In this document: positions 1 to 11,705 of the stretch, piece by piece
Layout of the letters: each line of letters starts with the position of its first letter
How positions within the stretch are numbered: position 1 is the first letter of the stretch
DNA from: Tubulanus polymorphus
Lineage: Eukaryota > Animalia > Nemertea
Assembly (NCBI RefSeq): GCF_964204645.1
Contig: NC_134027.1
Location: 21,786,560-21,850,559, forward strand
DNA: 64,000 bases
Direction of reading: 5' to 3'
Program-made: the position numbers and the translations under genes
The notes under the pieces: generated by a model
What the model was told of the DNA's origin: nothing
The model's input: only the letters and a program-made list of their open reading frames with translations
Databases searched by the model: none

Positions 1-829
1 TGTCCGCGAGGGTTTGAACACAGACCGATCGTCAGCCGAATCGCAAGGGTAGAACCAGTTCTATTTTCTACTACCCGATCAGATCCTCATAGTCGATCAG
101 CGACGTGTTTTGCATCACATGATTTAAACTCGGCGATGATCGAGTCGTAGTCGACCTGAGTGCTCTTCAGATCTTGCACAAACGAATCAGCAATCAGTGG
201 CCACGTGTTTACTACCTCAGTTCTTACGACGATCTGATCAGGTCATAGGTCGACCTGAGTTTTTAGCTTATGACTGGAGAAGTCGAATGTTCCATGGTAA
301 ACAAGTTGCAGTATGGCGTTGATACTGGTATCATTAAGTTTTATTTACTGCAAGTAACCTAAAGACACTGAAGTTAAATTTTTACGCAAAACTGGTTACA
401 GGCTTAAAACTGAAGACATCAAGATGTACATGTATCTTTTTTTTAAATCATTTTCAGGCTTTAATGGCGATCGTTACATTGATAGTCGACTGATCTATCC
501 AGTTTGTGATAAGATTTGTTGTTGTCTTCCAAAACGATATCGCTGTTTACTCCAAAAACAAGTAAGTATTACGTCCTGTCTACTGTAAACGATACGCTAG
601 ATGCCAGCACAGAACCCAAGTGTCAATTGACAACAAAGGAATTCACTCTTCCTTGTTAAATAAATGCCTTCACCCAGGTTACTGGTCGGAAAATGCGTAC
701 ACTGGTACCGGTACCTGAACACTACTGTCACTTTCGGGGTGATTTGATTGAAAGAGTTGATAAGTTGAATGAGGATGGTGATTTTTCAATGCATCAGTGC
801 ATCAGTGTCTCAACCTTAGGTTCCTGGCC

Positions 830-1345
830 TGATAGATGACTCCTGAGTGCTAGTAGTAGCTCAAATGTTACTTCTCCACAGAGAGATAACTGTTATAGAT
901 ATAAGCCAGTGTTAATAATAAAGATTTCCCTTCTCAGGGAGGGATGAGTAGAGTCTTATGGGCTAGGGGTAGTTCAAATACCAATCTCTCTGATACACAA
1001 TTAGAAATATGCTAATATCAATTTCATTTCTCATGTAATGACTGATTAGTTAGATTTATATAGACTGGGGATAGACTAATACCAACTTCACTTTTCGTGA
1101 AGAGATTACTTAACACATAGGTAATAGGTATAGGCTAGGGGTAGTTCAAATACCAATTTCAATTTTCATGGAGAGATGACTGATACACAGAATTGATTAG
1201 GCTAGGGATGGATCTAATACTAATTTCGCTTCTCATGGAGAAACAACCGATTCACAGTTAAGAGTTAATAAAGCTAGGAATAGTTCTAATGCTAACTCTT
1301 GTGCCGTCGATATAACGATACATGTTCACAGTTAGAGATATAAGC
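830..1345 (+). repeat. Degenerate ~60-bp tandem repeat, apparently amplified from a SINE body
   Basis: Recurrent ggctaggggtagttcaaataccaat...ttctcatggagagatgactgatacac units. The start (gatgactcctgagtgctag...cttctccacagagagataactg) resembles 57902-57990 of the SINE. Confidence 0.6.
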
Positions 1346-3560
1346 AGGCCGAATCCAGCAAACACCAGACCAGATTTTTTTTCCGAAGTATTTTGGTTGG
1401 ATGTGTGGAAAATTAGAATTCGAAATTAGCGTCCCTGCAAATGCTCAGAATGCTTCTGTAGGTGGTAAAATTCTCGAATTCTCTGCTGTAGGGACCCCAC
1501 ATCCCCTGCAATAATTTTATAAAACGGTATTCGGGACAATAGGCTGAATCGCTCTTGACAAGTTTTAGATAGTTCGTCTTCTAAATTGCTGAATTGATTC
1601 TTGTAATTTCAGCGTGAAACAATACCTTGCATCTCATCGACGGTCGGTTTAACTAAATACAGCGAAGACGTTGCTCCAAGCGAGATGTTAGACGATTCAT
1701 CGTCGAACGGAAAGTTACTTAACAAACGCGAATCACTGCAAAACGGTGACCCTGCGTCAACGACTAAAGTGTGACAAATTCAAACGTCACTGCAAGGTTG
1801 CGTTTTAGGAGTCTCAGGAGTGATATTATAATTGGATTTATGCGTTAGTGAGCTTGCGTTACTTTGCAAACTCCCTTGCAGTTTTTTCCCTACCTTTGTA
1901 GAGCGTCGGATGCATAGAGCTTTACGCGAAGCAATCCAACCCACTGATTTTTGTTAGCTGGTCCAATCAAACCTTTTGTAGTATATCATTGAATAATTGA
2001 CCAGTTCTGATTGGCTAATCCGTGAACCGGGTAATCACATACCTATTCTCATGCCCCACACTCGTCCAACATATCAGGGTTTCATTCTGTGGGAGTCTAG
2101 GAATAGTCTAGGGATAGTTTTGAGGTTCCAAGACTCTGCCTTCCCATTGAAGTTGCCTGTCGTCAAAACATACAACCTATAAATTATATGCTATCAGAAG
2201 TTGCAATCTTTCTAATGTGTATCTTCAAAGATTGCTTACATTAAGAGGTACCTACCCACTTGCGGCATTTGACGTGGCTGCTTTATCTGAAAAATTCCCT
2301 TACTTTCCTTATAGATTCCTGCCTTCCAATTTTCCTAGAAACGACCCAGTTCTAGTCTTGTGATGATATCACAAGTGTTTGAATCCCTATCATGCAAGGG
2401 AGAAACTTTTACTTAAGAACAGTAGCACAGATTAGCGTTGAATCTATATACAAATGTTAAATGGACAACTTGCATTAGCATTTCTTGACCAGAAATTGTT
2501 CGTGATGACTATTTCAGAGATATAGAAATAGTAGATATGCAAATCTTTCATTATCTGCAGTGTGGTATTGTGGTGGGTTTTACGAAATTTGCCAAGCTCT
2601 GGACAGTGCAGGACATTCTGATCATTGCAAAGATATTTTGTGACTTCAGCTGTTAAGTTGCCTTTATGAGAATATTATGTGTACAATATGCATCTAAATA
2701 GGCAGCTAATGTTAATGGTTGAGCTTTATCCAAGAATTTTAGAAGGGATTTTTGCTTTATCATTTGAAATATGTGTACTTAGAAATTGTTAGTCCTTCTT
2801 GTGGGAAGATAATGAGACACGCGATGGCGCCTGGTTTGAGAGGTTAACCAAACGTTGTGTTGGGAGTTGATAAGGATTGAAGATGCTGCAGTGCTTCCTC
2901 TTTCGATGCATATCGCGAAAAAATATTCTCAGAAACATAGCTATATACGTATACGTCAAGCTCATACGATAATAACTGGTCATAATAATGCATTTAATTT
3001 AAAAATAGGTTTGTGTGATTTTAAAGGTTACATTTTTCGTAAACGTTAGTCCGATAAACTTGCATGTCAGAGGAAAACATTCGATCCAATTTGTTCCTGG
3101 TCTTCAAATAGTACCATCACAGTTACATACGGATTTTTGAAAAGCGGTAGTAGTAAATCCGAATGATTAGAGATGTATTACAGTAAAACTAATATCTGAA
3201 AGTCTAACGATCAACATTAAGCAACCAGGAACGCTGACTCCTCAAAAAAAATCTGCTAGGTAGCGCTGGTAATCTTTGTGCTTTGCCCCGCATTCTCAGC
3301 GTAAGCGTTAAACAATAGATTTTCTAGACTGGTTGGTGGTTTCTCCTTTCAATCAGCATTTTTCATGGTTCGGTCAAGTTTTTAAAGACTTAACAAAACT
3401 GTAAAGCATTATTCTCAATGGTTGCGGGGAAAATATTACATATAACAAGGAATCTACATTTTGTATTGTCTATCGCTTACGGTGAGGGTACTGGTGAATT
3501 TTGAAGAGCGCAAAGGCAAATGTATTGTGAAGTCAAGGAGTTGGCGTTCCTGTTCACATA

Positions 3561-3731
3561 TACAGCGGAACCTCGTTACAGCGAACTGCCAGAAAATATG
3601 TTCGTTATAACCGATAGTTTATTATATCCAGTATGAAATCAATCAAATTTTCTTACTTGGGATGAAATTCTATATTTGTCATATCCGATGAATCGTTGTG
3701 TCCGAGTTCATTATAACGAGGCTCCACAGTA
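3561..3731. mobile_element. Tc1/mariner(pogo)-type MITE
   Basis: TA-flanked imperfect TIRs tacagcggaacctcgttacagcgaac / gttcattataacgaggctccacagta. A related right end lies at ~27570-27642. Confidence 0.75.
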
Positions 3732-4342
3732 GTTCTATGGTCTGACACAAAGGCGTATTTCAAATTTCAGATGTAAATATTCTGCCCCTTTGCTCAATAC
3801 TGTGATGACGAACTTACAATTTACCTATATCCTAACAATAGTTTTTGAAACTTAATTTGGGGAATTTCAAAATAGGAAATTCCTATCAAATCTTCTGAGC
3901 CAAGCAAATACCTAAATGAATCTACACTACAGTACTTATCAAACAGTAAGACCTATAAATGAAATCGATTTGAACTGATTTTTCATCTCCAGAAAAGGGT
4001 TAAGATCTCAAAAACTGCTTATGATCTCAACTAAAACTAGGCTTCAACGTTTCATCTGATAATGAATAAATTTTGTAGTAGGTTTTTACGTGAAAAAATT
4101 ACGAGTAAATAAATGTTTTAGATTGTTAGAAGATCTAGTCTTGATTAAGTCTAAAAACGAAGTTGAAATATCGTGTGAAGAATGTTGTACATGTATGTTT
4201 AGTGTGCGTGTGTTAAATGCACTTTAATTTGTAAACTATTTGTAACGGAATCAATGCAATTTTATAAATAGGAATGTATACGTATTATACATTGTACAGT
4301 ATATTGAAGATTTACAATCATAGGCTAGTATAAACCTCTCAA

Positions 4343-4456
4343 GGGTTCAGTTCTACAGTTCTGAGTTAAGATTTGAGTCTTGGGTTAACTCATTGATTAG
4401 AAAATGAACTAACTTTAACTCAAGAGTTTACTGTTACAACTGTGATACTGGGCCCT
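4343..4456. mobile_element. ~110-bp MITE family (TIR ggacccagttccacagtt)
   Basis: Same element at ~6684-6792, 10822-10920, 12402-12510, 15896-16003 and 54160-54253, with inverted ends ccagttccacag / ctgtggaactgg. Confidence 0.75.
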
Positions 4457-5243
4457 GGTTACCAGTGTAGATGGTGGCCAAGTAGTATGTACATGTAATA
4501 TGCACGGTTAAGTAGCAAGCTGTATGTGCCTTGTTTGTGTGATAATAATGATAAATCGAATTAACATTAGTGAAATAAATTCTGTTCAGTTTTGCTCTTG
4601 AAGATTTACGAGGAAACAGCTGTCTGCTATGACACTATCGATTTTTGCACTCGCAACAGTATTTCTAGAAGGATGGCATCGAGATTGCCACGATACCGTG
4701 GCTGGCTGAGTGTAACGATGCCATCAGGTTCGAATCCCTACCGAGGTAGGGTGACTAGAACCAGGCAAGTTCCCTAGAACGATGTCAAATTCAGCTAAAA
4801 AAAGATTGGATAAAACATAATTTATAGTGCTAAATATGCTGACACCATTTTCTACGGACATCGACAACATGTGAGGAAATGTGTTTTACCATAACTAAAA
4901 GGAAAGACCATTCAAGTTCCAGTTGTGGATTTTCACTAGAATTTTTCCTTGGCCTAAAAATGTGTCATAGTTGGGAATTGGAGGGCTATGATTTCATCAG
5001 GCTCTTAGCTCGCAATGAATGCACTCGACGCTGGCATACTAGTACACACACATGACTTATTCTCTTGTAAGTCATTTATTACCGAACAGTGGTTTCCGGT
5101 GAAATTAATGGATAGGTATGGATTTACTGAACGGCAATCTGAATTAATGGTGGGGACTCATCTAATCATTTCAACAAATCGCTGAGGATTTCCTTTATAT
5201 TAAATTTCAGAAAACACAAAATCCTTCAATACTTTGAGTTTCT

Positions 5244-5446
5244 AAGATAAAATCCCACTATTTACAGATTAAAATAATTTAAAAACCAGAATTGATTTAT
5301 TCAATCTAAAATATATAAAAGACACGACATTTCGATCTCACCCTAGAGATCATCGTCAGGTGTGATATATAGACTAAAACAGGGGTATATATACAGAGGG
5401 GGACAGGTTAATTGAGTAAATATATATTCATAATTCGGTGAAGCAA
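5244..5446 (-). mobile_element. Short Penelope-like (PLE) insertion with minimal hammerhead motif
   Basis: 13-bp TSD actttgagtttct (5231-5243, 5447-5459); absent at the paralogous site ~14650. Minus strand reads acac-CTGACGA-t-gatctc/gagatc-GAAA-tgtc-gtgt. Confidence 0.75.
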
Positions 5447-5989
5447 ACTTTGAGTTTCTGTTTGAAACTCCGTGACCACTTTTCTCCATTTCGGTTCACG
5501 GTTTACGAGGCACTTGTGTATTTCACGCTCAGGAGAAGCACTTTTCGGTCCGAAAACGTCGTTCAGCGCCAGAAAGACGTTTTCTCGTCAGATTTTTGCT
5601 GTATCGGAAAAATAACGATGTCAATATGCAAAAACGCCCAACGTTAGAAAAAGCACATTCCGGCCTGAAAACGTCGTTCAGCGCGAGAAGACGTTTTCAC
5701 GTCAAAACTTTGCTATATCGAAAAAAACGACATTTTCGAATTTTATTTCTTACAAAATATGTATTACTTTCTAAGAGCAAGACGATTTAAAGCCATGTTG
5801 AAGGCCTATACATTTGGAAGATTTTCCATGAAAACTAGGATTGCGAGCAATGATTGGAAAGCCAGTTGCTATGATATCACAAAAAACGGTTACTAGGTAA
5901 CTCCGTGTTTTTTGGTTGCTGGTCACTGGATGCATCCAGATCACTTTCTGCGTGGAATTCAGCACTAGTTGCTACCTCTCAGCGTAGAG

Positions 5990-7163
5990 ATGGACACAAT
6001 TCCTAGATTCCCCGATTGGGCGACGATTGATGAATCGAAAGTATTTATGGATGGTAAATATATATTCATAATTCGGTGAAGCAAACTATTATTCATACTT
6101 TAATTCAAGTTTGATGGGTTTTTCAATACACTAGACGAGTATGAAAACGATTAAATATCACCTTTTTAGATCCTGAATTTTATCTCGATGGCAAAATGTA
6201 CACAGTTTACAACATTCAGACCATACCCGGTAATTAGAAAATTCAGTTTGAACCATTCAACTACTGTTCTTTTTTATATTCGGCTATTCGAGTTACCTTT
6301 TCCATTGTAGGCATTCCCGAAGACTTTTGGGTATCAGCGCCTCGTAACACTGTTCTTTTAACTAATTACCCCACGTATCCGTCAGAACAAATGAAAATTA
6401 TCGGAAGGTCAATTGGATGGGATACCGGGCGTGCCATGACCAGAATCTCCAACGAATCGAACTGGTGGAAAATAGAATTGAATGAAAGCGAGCTCCCGAC
6501 ACCGCTGAAATTATCAGTATTTAACAAGGACGACATCGAAATCAAGTCGGAGCCTAAAGCAGTTCGCTTTATCGATTCACGACCCGGTATTCATTTTCTA
6601 CAGTGGGGATATGGGTCCGTACAGGTTTTACCGTACTATCCGGAAGGTAAACATCTTTTATTTGCTCGTTATGATAAAACACTGGACCAGTTCCACAGTT
6701 GTGAGTTAGGGTTAACTCTCAGTTAAAATTAGTTCATTTTCGATTAGTTAACTCAGAGTCATACCGTAACACAGAACTGTGGAACTGGGTCCTGATTCTG
6801 TTCTACTCTTTATTGCAAAATCCTCATTCCGTTTTAGAAAAATCGGATGAGTTGAATTCGGAAGTTGATGACGAAAAAAAACTATGCAACGTCAAGGAAT
6901 CACATTGCGAATCGGAACCAGAAATAATTGTAGTTCCCGAAAAAGTAGTGAATGTCGAAACGAATGAGAAAGGCTCTACTGGATTCAAAGGTAAGCATCT
7001 AATAATAACAAACCATAGAGGCAGGCTGTTGTAGGCCTGTTAGTTTGTCTTTCGATGGTATCATCTAAAATTGTTTATTTTCTTTGCAGGGAAAGTTAGA
7101 AAAATCGCCAAATTCCTCAGGAGAAGTGTCCTAAGAGCATTCGTTTGCGGCGGTGGCCGATGA
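5990..7163 (+). CDS. 5-exon gene, ~228 aa, divergent CBM20-like domain (copy 1)
   Basis: Exons 5990-6053, 6170-6229, 6311-6646, 6838-6990 and 7090-7163, all with GT-AG phase-1 introns, splice into one ORF (MDTIPRFPDW...RAFVCGGGR*). Exon 3 has the pattern T.p.E.m.iiG...GWd...aM......W.i.L...E...R...W. Confidence 0.8.
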
Positions 7164-8446
7164 ATTCTTTTTTGTTTTATTTTAAATTATATCGAGACGT
7201 TTCAGTTGTCGCGAGGAGGTCTGGTTACATGTTGGAGGGATTGCTAGAACTCGTTGACGACTCGCATCAGAAGATACTGAACCGGTAATTAACCTAGCAA
7301 ACCACCGAGTTTAGTAAGAGCCGAATTATTCTAAGAGGGAATTTGTAATGTCAGGGAAAAACTATTAGAGCTTAGAGATTTCAAGGTCAAAGTTTTTTTA
7401 TATCATCTACTTCTACGAAAAATTATTATTGGTAAAATTTCAATAATTATTGTTTTGATACTTGAAGAATTTTAGTTGAGAAATATCTAGACGAAACGGC
7501 ATCAGAGTTCTCAAGCGCATCACTCTATAATGTCGAGGTGTATCTCAGCTCCTAGTTCTGCTCTCCATTACAACATTCCCAAACGTGTACAACTCGTTAA
7601 CCCCCGAGCTGGGTTCTTAATCGATGATGGTTTTCTGATTGCGAGAAGTAATCGGGTTCTATCAGTTCAATGAACCTCTGTTTCTAGTCCTCTGTAGCGG
7701 CGACTAAACGTCTCTCGTTCCAATGAACTGTGATTCGGGCCTATACCGCCAAATAAATTCATTTCTTCAAACACATGTTTTATCTTACTTATCTTATCGC
7801 AGGTGACACGATCCGTTTGTTGGTTCGATTTTTGAGGACACAAATTTTCAGAATCAACAAACACATTTGGATACAGTGGAGTGATATTTGAAGGCGCATC
7901 ACGAGTAATGGATTTTTTTAGTTTTTCTCGTTCAAATATTTCAATCTTATGTTCAATTTCTTGTGAAACATCATTTAAATTTTTATTTCATATTGTTTTT
8001 TCGATGGTTTTATTTTATTATCTTTTTATGCTGAGAGTGTCTTTCTGTCTCCCATTTATAAGGAAAAAATATTATGAAGTTGAAATGTGCGGGAATCTTG
8101 ACCTCTGGCCTGAAACCCTAACTTTCCCATCACGTTTCTAAATGTTTCGTTGGTTCTAAAATAATCGAAAATGTGAATGTTTATTTGTTGGGAGACTTAG
8201 ATGAAATTTTTAACTTATGCAATCGAAATCGAATCTAAAGTGCAGTGTGCAATGAACGAATTTGGCCAGGAAATGTAGTTTTTTTCAATGAATGAAACAC
8301 ATAGAAGCAGAAGTGCGCAAATTTATTCAAGAATACCTACGACATGGCATACGTAATGAAAGTGGAAGTTTACCAGATTGGCGCACAATAGAATTATTGA
8401 GCTATTTTACAGAGATTGCGGCTTAGGGCTACAGCTGGCCTACGAG

Positions 8447-9445
8447 ATGAACGGTAATAACGCAAGCACAACTACGGCATCTCAACTCAGTCGGTGTCAG
8501 AGATATCAAACTCGACCCGTTTCATGGTTGAACAAATCAGGGAGGTGCCTGAACAAATCTACCGTTTTTACGTATTTAGACTGGTACTTACCGGCGTCCG
8601 TACTGGGTATAATATTAAACGCGTTCACGTTGGTAGTTCTTAATCGACTAAAATCTGATATTTATTTTCTTATCAAAATTCTCGCTATAAACGATATTTT
8701 GTTTATGACCGCTACATTCAGTATGTATCCGCTGAGAACGGCGTACGTTTTCGCCGTTTTGGGAGATATCTTATATCGCATAAATGACTGGAATTTTGGC
8801 GCGATATTTATCTCACTCGCAATACCGTTTGTCTACATGTTTCAAATGACACGAAACTGGTGCACTATACTCCTCAGTCTAGAGCGATTAGTCGTAGTAC
8901 TGTTTCCTATAAAATCTCGTAGATTTCCACGAAAGCTAGTGTCAAAATGGGCTTTGGTATTCATTTCATTGATAAGTATATGTGGCCATTTTGTTCACTT
9001 TATACCTGGCCGTCATCTCAAATTTGTGAACTGTCCAGTTAAATGGCCATATATTACTATCAGAGGTAGTAAATATCATTGGGGCGGCGTTCGTTTTAAG
9101 TGGCAGGCAATATTTTCAGAGCGATATCTTTTTCTGTATCTAACTGTCGTGATTCCAATTTGCGTTTTGGCTTTCATCAATGCTATTCTTATTTCGGCGA
9201 TATTTTTTCGTCGGGTTACTCGACGTTCAAAGCTCGGTGTAACTGATGAATTATCTAGAAAGGAAATGAGAGTTTTAAGAATGGTTTTATCAGTAGTTTT
9301 GTTTGTTATTTGCGAAGGTTTTGGATTTTTTGACCGATTAAGCGCATTGGGTTATTTCCCAAGGCACAACTTTTCAAGACCTTTAGCCTGGGGATTTTCT
9401 ATAATCGAAATTATGGGCCAAGGCTCAGTCCGGTCTACTCTTTAA
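8447..9445 (+). CDS. Rhodopsin-class GPCR (FMRFamide-receptor-like), TM7/C-terminus truncated; possible pseudogene
   Basis: Six clear hydrophobic segments with GIILN, LAIND, SLER and CEG motifs. It lacks the DS..NF.IY/helix-8 end present in the paralog at 29145. Confidence 0.8.
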   Translation: MNGNNASTTTASQLSRCQRYQTRPVSWLNKSGRCLNKSTVFTYLDWYLPASVLGIILNAFTLVVLNRLKSDIYFLIKILAINDILFMTATFSMYPLRTAYVFAVLGDILYRINDWNFGAIFISLAIPFVYMFQMTRNWCTILLSLERLVVVLFPIKSRRFPRKLVSKWALVFISLISICGHFVHFIPGRHLKFVNCPVKWPYITIRGSKYHWGGVRFKWQAIFSERYLFLYLTVVIPICVLAFINAILISAIFFRRVTRRSKLGVTDELSRKEMRVLRMVLSVVLFVICEGFGFFDRLSALGYFPRHNFSRPLAWGFSIIEIMGQGSVRSTL

Positions 9446-9717
9446 TGCCGTCCAGCCACATTCGCTGCAGAATGATATTAGCAAGAAAGCCCTCCGCTCT
9501 CATGCTATGTCCGAACCTGTACATTTTTTCGACCCTGTAGCGGCGACAAAAACGCCTCTCGTTCCAACGAACAATGATTCGGGCCTGTACCGTCAAATAG
9601 ATTTATTTCTCCAAACACTTTCTATTGTTTTCAATGAAGCCTATTCCTTGATAATAGTTTGTCAGTGTAGTTTTCGATGATCTTCAAAGTTACCCGAACA
9701 GAATATTCAACCACCCA

Positions 9718-9973
9718 TAGAACGATAACGACACTCAAACGTGGTGAACGGATAATAACGGATAATAAGATAAAAACCCACTATTTACAGATTAAAAGAA
9801 TTTAAAAACATGAATTTATTTATTCAATCTAAAAGATATATAAGACACGACGTTACACCTGACGATGATCTCTAGGGTGAGATCGAAACGTCGTGTCTTA
9901 TATATATTTTAGATTGAATAAATAAATTCTTGTTTTTAAATACTTTTAATCTGTAAATAGTGGGTTTTTATCT
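9718..9973. mobile_element. PLE-type inverted-repeat insertion with intact minimal hammerhead
   Basis: TSD tattcaaccaccca (9704-9717, 9974-9987); ~90-bp inverted arms; tail on one arm only; empty paralogous site at ~32250. Confidence 0.8.
9855..9896 (+). ncRNA. Minimal type I hammerhead ribozyme
   Basis: acac(stem I)-CUGACGA-u-gaucuc[uagggu]gagauc(stem II)-GAAA-CGUC-gugu(stem I'), with palindromic ACGU stem III. Confidence 0.8.
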
Positions 9974-11705
9974 TATTCAACCACCCAGATGAATACACGC
10001 AGTTGTTCTCACTTGTATTTACAGCACTTATCGATCGATGCAGGACCCGAGCAAAATAGCGGCTTAAAACTGTAAAACAGTTTATTGCACGTAATATGTA
10101 TCATATACACAATGAATATACAGTACGAGGATCTTACATGTAGATATTTTATGCCACGAAAAAAATAGAAATGTTTTCTGCATTTCATTTGATTCATTGC
10201 CTGCTTATCTCTTACATCCTCTCCCGTGTCATCCCCTCCTCTCCGCTAGTTCTCCCCATTCTTCCTCATTATGAAATCGGCTTTATGTTTTTTTTTTGGC
10301 TGTGATTTCTTATTCCAGTGTAGTAAGGTTTACAACTCATACGTTTAGAAATATTCTTACTGAAATCGGAAACATTAAACATTGCAAACGTGGAATTATT
10401 TAATGTAATTCATGCCTGTGTTTGGTCTGTGGCGTCAACCTAATTGTGCATCCAACCTGGTTATTTCCACGCCCGACTTAATACAATAAATAATTTACAG
10501 GGGTGGATCCAGGTGCCTCGGATGTCTCCCTTGAGGCACTAAAAATTCCTGAAATGTCCTTCTTCAAAAGCCAGAAAAAAATTCGAAATGAATTTGAAAA
10601 CTTTTCAAATGTTATGTCAGGCAAAATTTCCCAAGGGTGTGCCACAAACAATTGTTTGCTTAGGGTCCTCAATGTTGTGACGTATCTTCGCGCGCGTTGA
10701 GTATCTTCTGAAAAGGGTAGATTGACAGCGAGAATAGGGTACATTATGTAAGCAGGGAGAGAGTTTTGTAAGCAGGGAGTTCTCGACACGATAGTTTTCG
10801 TCACAGCCTTGCTTTCACCCAGGGTCCAGTTCCACAGTTCCGAGTTAAGATTTAACTCATCGAACATGAACAAACTTTAACTCCGAGTTAACTCTAACTC
10901 ACAACTGTGGAACTGGGTCCAGTACAGCAGAACCAAACTAATGCGCTGTCAAGAGATATACAAAACAGTGAAATACGCATTGGGCGAAAAACTTCATTAC
11001 TGAAAAAGATATTTCTCTATATATAAGTTTCTGCAAATTAGATACTTGAAACAATTCTCGGCGCAAAAAAATCACGAATTTCTCAAAACACGATATACAA
11101 ATTAGGGCCTACGTACTTAAGATCTTTCATAAAGTCTGCGAGGATGTAAAAACAGGGGATATCTTTTACGAGATGACGATCGTGGCGTGTAATTCATCAT
11201 CTTGTTCAATGTAGTCTGAGGAAGATCATGTTCAAGGCGACAGTGGACAATTCTTCCCGGGCCACCATGCACAATCTTTAGATTGACCATGTACGTCAGC
11301 TTTGGACTATTCGTCTTGCACAACCGGTTTTTGTCATGCGAGACAAACGGTGGCGTTATTGTTACGTGATGACGGTTCTGTACATGTGAAGTTTTGCGAT
11401 GAAACGGCGGATGGAATAAGCTTAAGGAACCGTGTACATTTCTTCAATTTCAAAAAGAGTTTCATTTCTTACAAATTCCTAATAGCACGGTGATTTCGAG
11501 CCATGTTGAAGGCCTATATAATTGGAAAAGGCTTTTCCGTGAAAACTGGGGCGGGTGATGTGTGCGAGCGATGATTGGACAACCAGTTGCTATGGTATCA
11601 CAGAAAACGGTTACTAGGTAACTTCGTGTTTTTTGGTTGCTGGTCACTGGATGCGTCCAGATTCAGCGTAAAATTCAGCGCTAGTTGTTACCTCTTAGCT
11701 TAGAG

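Larger units (their letters stand above)
9460..10475 (-). pseudogene. Decayed exon-like segment, paralogous to 31990-32695 and partly to ~7690-7790, ~13395-13490 and ~16890-16980
   Basis: Shared sequence such as ccctccgctctcatg and cctctcgttccaa. Minus-strand acceptor ...cag|TTTTAAGCCGCTATTTTGC (FKPLFCS) occurs in both long copies; many stops. Confidence 0.45.

Noticed and set aside
4695-4745. tRNA gene (also 45755-45830 and 57778-57845)
   Set aside because: Only A/B-box-like words, with no complete cloverleaf; SINE-type heads.
6647-6837. C-terminus of ORF 6391-6726 and N-terminus of ORF 6813-7034 as coding
   Set aside because: They run through GT/AG sites into an intron containing a MITE; the spliced model fits better.
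7480-7680. Vsr-like motif LGG.RVVHVWEC on the minus strand of the triplicated block
   Set aside because: Short, surrounded by stops in all three copies, with no other nuclease or polymerase motifs.
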